Shown here: piece by piece, positions 9,714 to 21,450 of the stretch | Layout: each line of letters starts with the position of its first letter | Numbering within the stretch: the stretch's first letter is position 1 | NCBI GenBank assembly: GCA_037445715.1 | Contig: JBBIJZ010000005.1 | Span: 15,645-71,166 of the forward strand | Origin: Verrucomicrobiales bacterium | GTDB lineage: Bacteria > Verrucomicrobiota > Verrucomicrobiia > Limisphaerales > J093 | Direction of reading: 5' to 3' | Length of the DNA stretch: 55,522 nucleotides | Translations under genes and position numbers: made by a program | The notes under the pieces: model-generated | Database searches by the model: none | What the model saw: only the letters and a program-made list of their open reading frames with translations | What the model was told of the DNA's origin: nothing

Positions 9714-10436
9714 ATGCAGTGGGACAAACCCTGGACCGCCGAATCGCTCCTGCGGCTGTTGCTGCGGCTGTTTTTGTTGCTCGGGATCACCGGGTTGGTG
9801 GCCGTGGCGGTCGAGCAGTATTGGTCCGCTGGCGAGCCGGAGCCCCGGCGTTTCTGGACCTCGGCCGTGTCCGGAATCGCCGTGCAACTGGGCGGGCTGG
9901 TTTTGATCGGGCGTTTTTTACGGGAGAACGCGTTGAGCTGGGAGGCGGCGTTTGGCCTGCGACGGGCCGGAGCAGTTCGTCATCTGGCCCTGGGGGTGGC
10001 GACGGCGGCCGTGGTCTTCGGGCTGGCGCTGGGGCTGATGTTGGTGAGTCAGTGGTTGATGCGGGAGGTCCATCTGACCCCGCAGCCGCAGCGCGCCATC
10101 GAGGCCCTGCAAACTTCGCCCGACCCGGCCCGGCGGTGGGTCGTGGCGCTCACGGCCATTGTGCTGGCGCCGGTGTTCGAGGAACTGGTTTTTCGCGGGG
10201 TACTGCTGGTGTCGCTGCGCCAGGCCGGCTACCCGAGGCTGGCGTTTTGGGGCACGGCCATTTTCTTCGGCCTGACGCACATGAACCTGATGACTTTGTT
10301 GCCGTTGGTGATGTTTGCGGCGGTGCTGAATGTCTTGTACCTGCGCACCGGCAGCTTGATCGGCCCCATCACCGCCCACGCGGTGTTCAATGCGACCAAC
10401 TTTTTCTGGGTGGTGCTGGGGGGGCCGGGGTCGTAA
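9714..10436 (+). CDS. CPBP family (CAAX/Abi) intramembrane glutamic endopeptidase
   Basis: APVFEELVFRG, FGLTH, HAVFN motifs in a multi-TM protein. Confidence 0.9.
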   Translation: MQWDKPWTAESLLRLLLRLFLLLGITGLVAVAVEQYWSAGEPEPRRFWTSAVSGIAVQLGGLVLIGRFLRENALSWEAAFGLRRAGAVRHLALGVATAAVVFGLALGLMLVSQWLMREVHLTPQPQRAIEALQTSPDPARRWVVALTAIVLAPVFEELVFRGVLLVSLRQAGYPRLAFWGTAIFFGLTHMNLMTLLPLVMFAAVLNVLYLRTGSLIGPITAHAVFNATNFFWVVLGGPGS

Positions 10437-10463
10437 AAGGCCGGGAGACCGACTGGACTGCCG

Positions 10464-11402
10464 GTGAACGAATTTGAACTCATCGCCCGCCTGACGCCCG
10501 GTTTGCCGGGCAATGCCACGGTCATTGCCGGCGCGGGCGACGACTGCGCGGTGCTGGACCTCGGCCTGCCCGGGCGGTGGGTCTTGTTCAAGACCGACAC
10601 GGTGGTCGAGGGGGTGCATTTCGACGCCACCGCCCGACCCGAGCAAATCGGTCACAAGGCGCTGGCCCGTCCGTTGAGCGACATCGCCGCGATGGCCGGC
10701 GAGCCCTCGAGCGCGCTGGTCACGCTGGCGCTGCCGGCGCGTTTCGACGCCGTTTTTGTGGAGAAAGTCTATGCGGGTTTGAACACCCTGGCCGCCCGGT
10801 ACGGCGTGGCGGTGGTGGGCGGCGAAACCACCGCAAATCCCGAGCGACTCCTGGTGTCGGTGGCCGTGCTCGGCCTGGTGGCCCGGGACCGCGCGGTGCG
10901 CCGCGCCGGCGCGCAACCGGGCGATGCCCTGTTTGTGACGGGCGAGTTGGGCGGCTCACGCGCGGGCCGGCACCTGGACTTCGAGCCGCGCCTGGCCGAG
11001 GCCCGCTGGCTGGCCGAGCATTTCTCCATCCACGCCATGATTGATCTCAGCGACGGCCTGGCCGGGGATTTGCGCCACCTGCTGGCGGCGGGCGGTGTGG
11101 GGGCGGAATTGCGCGCGGACAGTATTCCCCTCAGCCGCGCCGCCCGCCAACTGGCGCGCGCGGGGCACGCCGGCGGTTCCGCGCTCCAAGCGGCCCTCAC
11201 GGACGGCGAGGACTTCGAGTTGCTCTTCTGCGTGGCCGCGCGGGACGCGGTGCGCCTGCGGGACGCCTGGCACGAACGATTTCCCGGCGTGCGCCTGACC
11301 TGCATCGGGCGGATCACGGCCGAGCCCGGCTTGCGCCTGCGGGACCGGCGCGGCCTGCATCCCTTGACGCTGCATGGCTACGTTCATTTCGCGGAGTCCT
11401 GA
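10464..11402 (+). CDS. thiL: Thiamine-monophosphate kinase
   Basis: EFELI, GAGDDCAV, LSDIAAMAG, GGET, MIDLSDGL, GEDFELLF. Confidence 0.93.
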   Translation: MNEFELIARLTPGLPGNATVIAGAGDDCAVLDLGLPGRWVLFKTDTVVEGVHFDATARPEQIGHKALARPLSDIAAMAGEPSSALVTLALPARFDAVFVEKVYAGLNTLAARYGVAVVGGETTANPERLLVSVAVLGLVARDRAVRRAGAQPGDALFVTGELGGSRAGRHLDFEPRLAEARWLAEHFSIHAMIDLSDGLAGDLRHLLAAGGVGAELRADSIPLSRAARQLARAGHAGGSALQAALTDGEDFELLFCVAARDAVRLRDAWHERFPGVRLTCIGRITAEPGLRLRDRRGLHPLTLHGYVHFAES

Positions 11403-11814
11403 GGAGACCCGGGCCCTGGGCCGGCTGTGGGGAGAAATGGCCCGCCCCGGCTGGGTGATCGGCCTGGTGGGCGATCTGGGCAGCGGCAAGACCCAACTGG
11501 TCAAGGGCTTGGCGCTTGGGCTGGGTTGTCCGGCCCGGGTGCATTCGCCGACCTTCGCGCTGGTCCATGAGTATCCGGGCGGGCGTTTGCCCCTGGTACA
11601 TCTGGACTTGTACCGTCTGGCCGATGCCGCCGCTCTGTGGAGTGCCGGGATCGAGGAATACCTGTTGGCACCCGCGGGCGTGGTGGTGGTCGAGTGGTTC
11701 GACCGGTGGCTGTCAGCCGGCCTGCCCTCCGTGACCGGTCCGTTACGGCGCGTTTGGATCGAAGCGGTGTCCGAGACCGAGCGACGGATTGTCTATGAGG
11801 ATTCTGGCGCTTGA
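11374..11814 (+). CDS. tsaE: t6A biosynthesis ATPase TsaE
   Basis: GDLGSGKT Walker A, SPTF..VHEY, HLDLYRL, VVEW. Confidence 0.95.
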   Translation: MATFISRSPEETRALGRLWGEMARPGWVIGLVGDLGSGKTQLVKGLALGLGCPARVHSPTFALVHEYPGGRLPLVHLDLYRLADAAALWSAGIEEYLLAPAGVVVVEWFDRWLSAGLPSVTGPLRRVWIEAVSETERRIVYEDSGA

Positions 11815-12466
11815 ATTTTCGAGCCGCGTCCGGAGCGTGGCGGCGTGGAATGCGGAAGGGCCCGGGGCGCGCCCGCCCGGGTTGGCTCGCGAAAGCGAGG
11901 CACGGGCGACGCCGGTTTTTTCGCTCATCGAGACGGCGCTCCGCGAAGCCGGCTTGGAGCGTGCAGACATCGAACGGATCGCCGTGGGACTGGGGCCGGG
12001 CAGTGCGATGGGCATTCGGGCGGCGATTGCCGTGGCCCAGGGCTGGTGTTTGGCGCGCGGCGTGACCGTGGTGGGCTTGAACAGCCTGGAGGTCCTGGCC
12101 GCCGGGCTGCACGCCGCAGGACAACGCGGGTGGGTGGATTTGGCCTGTGACGCCCAGCGGGGCGAATGGCACGTGGCGGGCTACGCCCTGGAACCGGCCG
12201 GACCCCTTTTGCGCGAACCACTCCGGTTGGTCTCCCACGAAGCAATGGCGGCGCGGATTCGCGCCGGCCGGACGGTGCTGGGACCGGACGTTGCGGCCGC
12301 CCTGCCGGGGGCGCGCGATGCGTTCCCGGAGGCCGCCGTGCTGGCCCGGCTGGCGGCCCGAACGGCGGCCGTAGTGGCGCCGGAAGGTCTGGCGCCGATT
12401 CACCTGCGCGCGCCGAGCTTTGTGAAAGCCGCCGCGGTCCTCCGTCCGCCCCCTCGAGCGCTGTAA
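11795..12466 (+). CDS. tsaB: t6A biosynthesis protein TsaB
   Basis: MRILALE.S, IAVGLGPGS..GIR, DAQRGE; follows tsaE. Confidence 0.88.
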   Translation: MRILALEFSSRVRSVAAWNAEGPGARPPGLARESEARATPVFSLIETALREAGLERADIERIAVGLGPGSAMGIRAAIAVAQGWCLARGVTVVGLNSLEVLAAGLHAAGQRGWVDLACDAQRGEWHVAGYALEPAGPLLREPLRLVSHEAMAARIRAGRTVLGPDVAAALPGARDAFPEAAVLARLAARTAAVVAPEGLAPIHLRAPSFVKAAAVLRPPPRAL

Positions 12467-12556
12467 AACGCCGGACCGTTTCCGGTGCCCTCCCCGGCCC
12501 TGCCTCCGGGCGGCGGGCGGCTTTACAAGCCCGGGACCAACTGACACAGTCCGCCC

Positions 12557-13360
12557 ATGAAGAAGAAACTCCTGTGGGCGGTCCTTGTGCTGGCGGTCCT
12601 GGTCGTGGCGGGACTGGGGCTCGCGCTGCTGTACCTCGGCCCGTTGGTCAAAAAAGGCGTCGAAACCGTGGGCCCGCTGGTCACCCAGGTGGACGTGAAA
12701 CTGGACAGCGCCCGGGTGGGCTTGTTGAGCGGTCACGGCTCGCTCAAGGGCCTGGTGGTGGGCAACCCGCCCGGCTACAAGAGTGCCACCGCCATGACGC
12801 TGGGCGAGGTCAGCGTGGAGGTCAAGCCCCGGTCGGTCTTCGCCGACAAAATCCACATCAAATCCGTGGCCATCCTGGCGCCGGAAATCACGGTCGAGGG
12901 CGGCCTCAAGGAAAACAATCTCACCAAGATTTTGGCCAACGTCGAGGCGTTCACCGGCGGCCCGGCCACCAACCAAACCGAGACCGCGGCCGCGCAGAAA
13001 AAAATCCAGCTCGACTCCCTCGTCCTGCGCGGAGCCCGGGTGCGTGCCGATCTGAACGTGCCCGGCGTCCCGACGCTGAACCTGACCCTGCCGGACATTG
13101 AACTGAGCAACTTGGGTCAGGGACCGGAAGGCATCACGGCCGGGGACCTCACCCGCCAACTCATCCGCCAGATCACCACCCGGACCCTGGCCGCCGTGGC
13201 CGGGGCCGCGGCCAACGCCGGCAAGGCCATTGTGGATGGCGCGAGCGGTGTCGCCACCGACGCTGCCAGGTCCGCCGCCGGCGCCGCCGAAAAAGCAGCC
13301 GGTGAGGCGGCCGGCAAGGCGCTCAAGGGCGTGGGCGATTTGTTGAAACCCCGGAAATAA
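12557..13360 (+). CDS. AsmA-family-like membrane-anchored protein
   Basis: N-terminal TM anchor, beta-rich region L.VGNP.G...I.I.S..I..PEI..E...NL..I; Ala/Gly-rich amphipathic tail. Confidence 0.6.
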   Translation: MKKKLLWAVLVLAVLVVAGLGLALLYLGPLVKKGVETVGPLVTQVDVKLDSARVGLLSGHGSLKGLVVGNPPGYKSATAMTLGEVSVEVKPRSVFADKIHIKSVAILAPEITVEGGLKENNLTKILANVEAFTGGPATNQTETAAAQKKIQLDSLVLRGARVRADLNVPGVPTLNLTLPDIELSNLGQGPEGITAGDLTRQLIRQITTRTLAAVAGAAANAGKAIVDGASGVATDAARSAAGAAEKAAGEAAGKALKGVGDLLKPRK

Positions 13361-13415
13361 CCGGCGCGCCTGTCGCCGCGCCGCGCGAACGTGAGGCGCT
13401 CCGGTTTACCCGCGC

Positions 13416-14138
13416 GTGCGTCTGTCCATCGTCATCCCCGCCTTCAACGAGGAAAAGCTGCTGGGCCGTTGCCTCGAGGCCTTGGCCAGCGCGTCGGCCG
13501 AGTTGACCTGCTGCGGGTGGGACCACGAGGTCATCGTTTGTGACAACAACTCGACCGACCGCACGGCCGAGGTGGCGCGGGCGGCCGGAGCGCGCGTGGT
13601 CTTCGAGCCGGTCAACCAGATTGCCCGGGCCCGAAATACCGGCGCGCGCGTCGCCACGGGAGACTGGCTGCTGTTCCTGGATGCGGACTGCGCCCCCTCG
13701 CGGGCGCTGTTGGCCGAACTGGCCCGGGCTCTCGGCGACGCCCGGATCCTGGGCGGGGGCGCCCGCGTGGCGCTGGAAGACGCCCCCGGTCCGGGCCGCT
13801 GGCTCACCGCGCTCTGGAACGGCCTCAGCCGGCTCACCCGCTGGGCGCCGGGCGGGTTCCTCTTCTGCGCCGCGGCGGCCTTTCGCGCGCTGGGCGGTTT
13901 CAACGAGGAACTGTTCGTCTCCGAGGAAATTGACTTCAGCCGCCGCCTCAAACGCCTGGCGCGCGCCCGGGGCCGGCGGGTGGTGATTTTGCGCACGCCG
14001 GTGCTGACCTCGGCGCGCAAGCTGCACCTGTACTCGCCCGCCGAATTGCGCGCCTTCACCTGGCAATACCTGCGCCGGCCGCTGCGCGTGGCCCGCGACC
14101 GCGAGGCCTGCCCGATCTGGTACGACGGGCGCCGCTGA
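13416..14138 (+). CDS. Glycosyltransferase family 2
   Basis: SIVIPAFNEE, VCDNNSTD.T, ARN.GA, FLDAD, GGFNE, TSARK. Confidence 0.9.
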   Translation: MRLSIVIPAFNEEKLLGRCLEALASASAELTCCGWDHEVIVCDNNSTDRTAEVARAAGARVVFEPVNQIARARNTGARVATGDWLLFLDADCAPSRALLAELARALGDARILGGGARVALEDAPGPGRWLTALWNGLSRLTRWAPGGFLFCAAAAFRALGGFNEELFVSEEIDFSRRLKRLARARGRRVVILRTPVLTSARKLHLYSPAELRAFTWQYLRRPLRVARDREACPIWYDGRR

Positions 14139-14170
14139 CCGACCGGCGCGCGTCGTCGTGGGCCGCGGGC

Positions 14171-15199
14171 TCAGGCCACCGGGCCGTAGCGCGGGCCGAG
14201 CGTGGCGGCCAGCGCACGGCCCTGAGCGAGCAGCGCTTCCTGCTCGGCCCCGGTGAGCGGCCGGTAATTCCGGGCCAGCGCGATGTTGTGCAGCGCCTGT
14301 TCGAGCGTGAACGGGCCGATGTTGGCCACGCTCACCCCTTCGAGGTCGAGCGCGTAGGCCAGCGCCTGAGGCAGGCGTTCCGGCGGCGTGACGCAGCCCA
14401 CCCAGCCCTTCTTGTGGTTGGGAAACCCGCCCTTGATGCCGGCATAGACCTTCATGGCCACTGCGCCCACGTTGCGTTTGCGGCACTCGGGCAGGACCGT
14501 GCCCTCGAAGTTGTAGATGAAGCGGTCGGCGTAATTCATCACCGCCATCACCACGTCAATCTGGTCGGTCTGCAGCATTTCGAGAAACCGCGCCGGCCGG
14601 GCGTGCCCGGACAGGCCGATGAACCGGAGTTTGCCGGCCGCCTTTTGCTTGAGCAGGTAGGCCAGCACCCCGTCGGCGGCGCGGACCTTGTCCAGGTCCT
14701 TGTCGCCGATGTGGTGGATGTGCACCAGGTCCACGTGATCGGTCCGCAGTCGCCGCAACGAGGTCTCGAGCATCTCCTGCGCGCGGGCGGCGGAGTCGGT
14801 CCAGACCTTGGTCACCAGAAACAGCCGGTCGCGCCGGGCGGGGACCAACCCGCCCAGCACCTCCTCGGCGTGGCCGTAAATGTAGGCGGTGTCCACGAAA
14901 TTCACCCCCCGGTCCAGCACCTCGCCGAAGATGCGCGTCGCCTCGGCCGGCTCGACGCGCGCTTCGCCAATGGGCGCGGTGCCCAGGCCCAGAATACTGA
15001 CCCGCGCCCCGGTGCGGCCGAGCACGCGCGCGGGCAACGGCCCCTCCGCCGCGGCGAACCCGCGCAGGCGGGGCCGGCCCACCGCGAAGCCGGCGACGGC
15101 GGCCAGGCCCGTTTTCAGGAAACACCGGCGGGGTAGCGGTGGGTGGTGGGAGGTGGGGCGTGTGGCAACAGCGAATGTGCCGGGTTTGACTGGTTTCAT
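14171..15199 (-). CDS. Aldo/keto reductase with Tat-like signal
   Basis: RRCFLK + hydrophobic stretch; LGRTG..VS.LGLG, FVDTA..YG, LVTK, SLRRL.TD..DL..IH. Confidence 0.88.
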   Translation of the reverse strand: MKPVKPGTFAVATRPTSHHPPLPRRCFLKTGLAAVAGFAVGRPRLRGFAAAEGPLPARVLGRTGARVSILGLGTAPIGEARVEPAEATRIFGEVLDRGVNFVDTAYIYGHAEEVLGGLVPARRDRLFLVTKVWTDSAARAQEMLETSLRRLRTDHVDLVHIHHIGDKDLDKVRAADGVLAYLLKQKAAGKLRFIGLSGHARPARFLEMLQTDQIDVVMAVMNYADRFIYNFEGTVLPECRKRNVGAVAMKVYAGIKGGFPNHKKGWVGCVTPPERLPQALAYALDLEGVSVANIGPFTLEQALHNIALARNYRPLTGAEQEALLAQGRALAATLGPRYGPVA

Positions 15200-15288
15200 G
15201 GCCGGGCGTTGTTTCAGGCCCAAAGTGCCTCAAGGTACGGCCGGCGCAATGCCCTTTTCCTCTCCCCTCCCCTGCCCTGCCCTGTGGG

Positions 15289-18200
15289 TCACGCCCCTGG
15301 CACGGCGCGACGGCGCGGCGCAGCGTGTGCAGCTTGGGCCGCGGCCGATGCGGGCGGGGTTTCGAGCAGGGTCCACACGCGCAGGGTTTCGGTGACGGAC
15401 CAGGCCTGGGCGTCGCAGCCGCGCTGGGTGTGCGGCGCGTCGCCGTCCAAAATTTCCGGCAACTGGCCCACGCACCCTTCGGCCAGGAGGCGGTCAGTGC
15501 CGGCCAGGTAGGCCCGGGCCGCAGCCACGGCCGCGGGGTCGAAGTCCCACGCGCGGGCCAGGGCTTCGCAGAACTGCGGCAACAGCCAGACCCACGCGGT
15601 GCCGTTGTGGTAGGCCGGTTTGCGGCGGGTGTCCTCAACGCCCTCGTATCGGCCCCAGTACGGCCGCTCCGGATCGTTGAGCAGCTCGCCGTGGGGCCCG
15701 CGGATTTCCAGCGGAGGCCGGACCGGCAACGGCGCCAGCGACCGCACCGCACCGGGCACCAACAGCCAGCGGCGGGCGGCCTCGACCTGGCGGCGGGCGC
15801 GCTCGCCGGTGAGCAGACCGAGCGTGACGGCCAGCAGGGCGTTGCCGCGCAGCGCATTTTGCGGTACCGCGTCGGCGGCGGGCTGGCCGGGCCGGGCGAG
15901 CAGGACGTCCGCGCACCAGCCGGGTTCCTCGAGCCAGAAACGGTGCGCGAAGCTTTCGGCCGCCCGAAGGGCCAGTGCGTCCCAGGGCTCGGTCACCGGG
16001 GGTAGGTCCAGGGCGGCCAGGCGGCGCAACAGGCAAACCCAGAGGGCCTGAATTTCGACCGGGTACCCCTCGCGCGGCGTGCCGGCGGGGTGGTTGGTGT
16101 CCATCCAGGTGAAGTGCGCCGGGCTGAAGACCAGTCCCGAGGCGGCGTCCACGCGGATGCCGTTGGGCGTGCCGCGCAGATACCCGGCGGCGATGGACCG
16201 CAGCACCGCGGCCAGGTCGCGGCCGGCGTCGTTCACGGGCGTGGCCAGAAACGCACGGCGGGCGGCGGGGTCGGGCAGTTGCTCCCAGTACTCGCCGGCC
16301 ACCACGCCGAACCACAGCGGCGCGTCGGAGGTGTCGCGATTCGAGGCGTCGTGGCCGAAGACGGCGTTGGGCAGCGTGCCCTCGCGCTCCCAGCGGGCGA
16401 AATTGAACAGGATTTGCCGGGCGATTTCTGCCCGGCCGGCGGCCAGCAACCCGCGCGCGGCGATCAGCGCATCCCGGCCCCAGTCCAGGAACCACGGGTA
16501 CCCGGCAATGACCGTCCATCCGCGCCCGCGGCGCACGACGAAGGCCTCGATCGCCCGGCGCAGGTGCCCGGCGAACTCGTTGTCCGCGGATTCACCGCCG
16601 GCGGGGCCGGATGTTTCGCCGGGCGTCTTTGTCGCGGCGGCGACGGACCGGGTGGAACCGGCCTCCGGCTCGAGGGCGCGGGCGATTTCCTCGGCGGTGG
16701 GTTCGTCGGGGTCGGCGCACACGACCAGGTCCAGCGTGTTGCCGCGGGCCAGGGGCAGCTCGAACCAGCCCGGGCTGTAGGCATCGCCGCTGCCTACCAG
16801 GCCGCGGCTTTGCTCGAGGGGATGGGCGATGTTGAACGACCATTCCGGCTGGGGGTGGTAGTCGCCGGCCGTGGCCCGCACGCGCAGCCGGCGGTCTGCC
16901 GCGGGGGCAAACTCGAAGCCGGCCGCGCCGGCCAGCGGCCGCGTGTGGCTGCGGAAGTGATGGTCCGCGCCGGGATTGTGCCTGGTCTCGTGGTGGAAGT
17001 TGCGGTCCTCGAGGTCCACGCGCACGGTGAGCCGAACGTCCGCGCCGGGGGGCAGGTCCCGCCCTTGCGGCGGCGGCGTGGCCGGGCGGTGAAAGCGCAG
17101 CACGGTGGTGTTGCGGCCGGGCAACATGGCCGCAGCCAGGTGAATTTCCACGCCGCGCCCGTCGCCGGCGTGGGCCAGGAAGCGCCAGCGCGGGGGCGGA
17201 CCCGGGGCAAAGTCGAGCAGGTTGTCCGCGTTGAGCGGCGACAGGAAACCGTCGGCATTGACCCAGACCCGGGCGCGTTTGGCGAAGATGTGGCGGTCCA
17301 CGGGGACCTCCGGGTGCAGGTTGGCGCCCAGCAGGCAGTCGTATTTCGACTCGATGGTGCCAAGGTTCACCGCCAGCCGGGCCATGCCGCCGCGGCCGTT
17401 GGTGAGCAACACCCGGCCTTCGCCGCACGGCGGCGGCGCCCACCGCGGCCGGGCGGACAACAGGCGCAAGGCGCCACGCAGCTCGGTTTCTCCCGGACCG
17501 TAGCGCTCCAGGGTCAGCGTGGCGTCCCCTGCCCCGCCGCGCGGGGCGAAGACGGCCACGTGCGCTTCCGCCAGGGGCGAGGACACCGCATGCAGGGGGG
17601 CGGGCACGCCGGGAATCTCCAGCGTGGCCCGGAACGGCACGGTTTCCCGTACCAACAACCAGTGTCCCGGAGGGACCGGCAGGACCCGCGTGCGGTCGGC
17701 CGGCTGCCATTCAACGACGCGCGGGTAGCCAGGGCGGTGCGATTCGAGGGCGGTCTGGACGCGTTCTGGGGGAATGTCGGCCGGCAGCGCGGCAATGGCG
17801 CTGAGGCAACCCACCGGATCGCGCGCCAACCAGTCGGCCAGCGGCGCCAGTTCGACCTGGCCGAGTTGTTCCAGCGGCAGATGCAGGCTGAGCGCCTGGA
17901 GGGCCAGCGCCTCGCGGGCGCGGCGTTGACGGTAGGCATCGCCCGCCAGGCCGGCCGGGGTGGGCGCGGCAGCCAGGCAGTAGGCCGCGCCGGGCGGCAG
18001 TTGGAAGCGGACGGCCTGGCCATCGGCGGGCTCGCACGCGGGCAGTGGCTGGCCCAGCAGGTCCACCGGTGCGGGACGCTGGCCGGCGTCGAAACGCAGG
18101 TGCGCGCGGGCGAGCTGGCTGCCTTCCAGTCGCAGGGGATGCGGGTGGTCGGGGTCGGTGTTCACCAGCACCAGCACGGCGTCGCGGCCCTCGGCCGATT

Positions 18201-19746
18201 CGCGCAGCAGGGCGTACACCGGAGAATGCGGCGGGCTGAGCCGGGTGAGGCGCGCGCCGTCGAAGAAGCACGGGTGCCCGGCCAGGAGGCGGTTCAGGGC
18301 GGCCAGTTCGGGCACCAGGTTGTCCGGGTTGCCCCAGGCCAGGCCGCGGCTGGAGTGGACGTTGACCCGCTCCGGGGCGAGCCATTCCACGCCGCAGGTG
18401 AAGCCGTAGGCGCCGGACACGCTGGTCAGCGCACAGAGGCGGTTGCGCAACAGCGACCAGGCGCGGCCGCGGGCGGCGAGGCGGGGGTTGTCGTGCGTCT
18501 CGCTGTAATGCACGTAGAGGCCCACCCGTTCGCTCTGCCGCAGGGCGTAGTCCAGGTAGCCGGCCACCTCGCCCCCGGAATAATTTTGGAACAGCTCCGA
18601 GTAGGCCCATTGCATGCCGCCCTCGGTGAGCAGGGCCTCGGTGGCTTCCCAGGACCCCCCCAGCCCCTCGAGCAGGAAAACCGTTTCGGGAAACTCGCGG
18701 CGCACGCGGGCGATGACGTACTGCCAAACGGGCAGGGGCACCTTGTAGCCGGCGTCGCACCGGAAGCCGTCCACGCCGCGACGGCACCACTCGACGAAGA
18801 TTTCGCCCAGCTCGCGGCGCAAGGCGGCCTGGCGGTGATCCAGCTCGACGAGGTCCTCCCAGATGGTGCCCCAGGCGCCGGGGCTGACGAAGCGGCCGGT
18901 GGCGTCGCGCACAAACCATTCCGGGTGGCGCTCCTGGAAGGTCGAGCCCCAGCCGGTGTGATTGATGGCCAGGTCCAGAAACAGCCGGCCCCCGCGGGCG
19001 TGCACCGCCCGGGCCAGTTCGCGGAACTGGTCCACACCGGTGGTGCGGCCGTCGAACTCGACCAGCGCCGGGTCAATGGCCAGAAAATCCTGCGCGGCGT
19101 ACGGGCTGCCGAAGCGGCCGAAACGGGCGTAGGTGGTGGGCACCGGGTTGACGGGCAGCAGGTGCAGGATGCGGCACCCCAGGCTGTCGAAGATGTGCGG
19201 CAGCTCGCGAATGAGGTCGCGCAGCTTGCCCGAGGGGGGGATGACGGTGTACCCGGCGCGGTCCAGGGCCGTAATCTCGGCAGCCTGCGCCGGCGGCTCG
19301 GTGACGCGCGCCGTCTTGGACGGCCCGAACATGCGGGGGAAGGCGCAGTAAATCGTGTTGGCCGTGCGGCACCAGGCGGGCTGGACGTTGACGCCGAAGT
19401 CCGGACCCTCCGGCCAGTGCAACCAACCGCGTTCGTCCACCGCGACGGCCTTGGCGCGGAACCAGCCCACCTCGGCCAGCGGCAGGTCCAGCACCCAGGC
19501 GTCGTCCTCGCGGCGCATGGGGATGTCGCGCCAGGCGCAGAGCGTGGGTGGTTTGCGGCATTCGACGGCGGTGAGCAGCTCCTCCCACAACACGGCGCCG
19601 CGGCCGAGATTGGTGCGCAGACAGGCGCGCCAGCCCGCGGGCAGTGGGCGGTGATGCGCCGCCTGGAGGGTGAAGCGCAGCCGGTCGCCGACAAAGGCCA
19701 CCCGGCGTTCACCCGGCGCCGGAGTTTGAACCAGTCGCACAGCCAT
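15289..19746 (-). CDS. Glycogen debranching enzyme: GH13 domain fused to amylo-alpha-1,6-glucosidase (GH133-like) domain
   Basis: GH13 regions DLAINH, GFRCDAG, FLLEG, ETHDN; C-terminal AGYPWF.DWGRD, TWMD, VEIQALW, YHNGT.W, PEILDG, QAWS. Confidence 0.85.
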   Translation of the reverse strand: MAVRLVQTPAPGERRVAFVGDRLRFTLQAAHHRPLPAGWRACLRTNLGRGAVLWEELLTAVECRKPPTLCAWRDIPMRREDDAWVLDLPLAEVGWFRAKAVAVDERGWLHWPEGPDFGVNVQPAWCRTANTIYCAFPRMFGPSKTARVTEPPAQAAEITALDRAGYTVIPPSGKLRDLIRELPHIFDSLGCRILHLLPVNPVPTTYARFGRFGSPYAAQDFLAIDPALVEFDGRTTGVDQFRELARAVHARGGRLFLDLAINHTGWGSTFQERHPEWFVRDATGRFVSPGAWGTIWEDLVELDHRQAALRRELGEIFVEWCRRGVDGFRCDAGYKVPLPVWQYVIARVRREFPETVFLLEGLGGSWEATEALLTEGGMQWAYSELFQNYSGGEVAGYLDYALRQSERVGLYVHYSETHDNPRLAARGRAWSLLRNRLCALTSVSGAYGFTCGVEWLAPERVNVHSSRGLAWGNPDNLVPELAALNRLLAGHPCFFDGARLTRLSPPHSPVYALLRESAEGRDAVLVLVNTDPDHPHPLRLEGSQLARAHLRFDAGQRPAPVDLLGQPLPACEPADGQAVRFQLPPGAAYCLAAAPTPAGLAGDAYRQRRAREALALQALSLHLPLEQLGQVELAPLADWLARDPVGCLSAIAALPADIPPERVQTALESHRPGYPRVVEWQPADRTRVLPVPPGHWLLVRETVPFRATLEIPGVPAPLHAVSSPLAEAHVAVFAPRGGAGDATLTLERYGPGETELRGALRLLSARPRWAPPPCGEGRVLLTNGRGGMARLAVNLGTIESKYDCLLGANLHPEVPVDRHIFAKRARVWVNADGFLSPLNADNLLDFAPGPPPRWRFLAHAGDGRGVEIHLAAAMLPGRNTTVLRFHRPATPPPQGRDLPPGADVRLTVRVDLEDRNFHHETRHNPGADHHFRSHTRPLAGAAGFEFAPAADRRLRVRATAGDYHPQPEWSFNIAHPLEQSRGLVGSGDAYSPGWFELPLARGNTLDLVVCADPDEPTAEEIARALEPEAGSTRSVAAATKTPGETSGPAGGESADNEFAGHLRRAIEAFVVRRGRGWTVIAGYPWFLDWGRDALIAARGLLAAGRAEIARQILFNFARWEREGTLPNAVFGHDASNRDTSDAPLWFGVVAGEYWEQLPDPAARRAFLATPVNDAGRDLAAVLRSIAAGYLRGTPNGIRVDAASGLVFSPAHFTWMDTNHPAGTPREGYPVEIQALWVCLLRRLAALDLPPVTEPWDALALRAAESFAHRFWLEEPGWCADVLLARPGQPAADAVPQNALRGNALLAVTLGLLTGERARRQVEAARRWLLVPGAVRSLAPLPVRPPLEIRGPHGELLNDPERPYWGRYEGVEDTRRKPAYHNGTAWVWLLPQFCEALARAWDFDPAAVAAARAYLAGTDRLLAEGCVGQLPEILDGDAPHTQRGCDAQAWSVTETLRVWTLLETPPASAAAQAAHAAPRRRAVPGA

Positions 19747-19980
19747 AGCGCGGGCGGGAGTGTCCGGTCAGCAGCGCGATGAAGCAACCCCGGGGTGCGG
19801 GCCGACGTGGGCCCGTCGGACACCGGTTGTTTCCGGGGCGGTGCGGACCGTCATGAAGCGGGCTCGGGCCCCCCACTAACCGGCCGCCCGTTGCGCCCCG
19901 CCGCCACGGGTTCACCGCCTTCAGGACCCGCTCCAGGTCCGGGTACAAGAGGTGAGGCCGGGACGGGGTGCGCGCGGGCT

Positions 19981-21450
<1,470 letters not shown>

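Noticed and set aside
16090-19782. Very long opposite-strand ORFs (also 25158..28292 -, 49521..51071 +, 41450..43399 +, 19795..21909 +)
   Set aside because: Antisense shadows of well-supported genes, expected at high GC; no recognisable motifs
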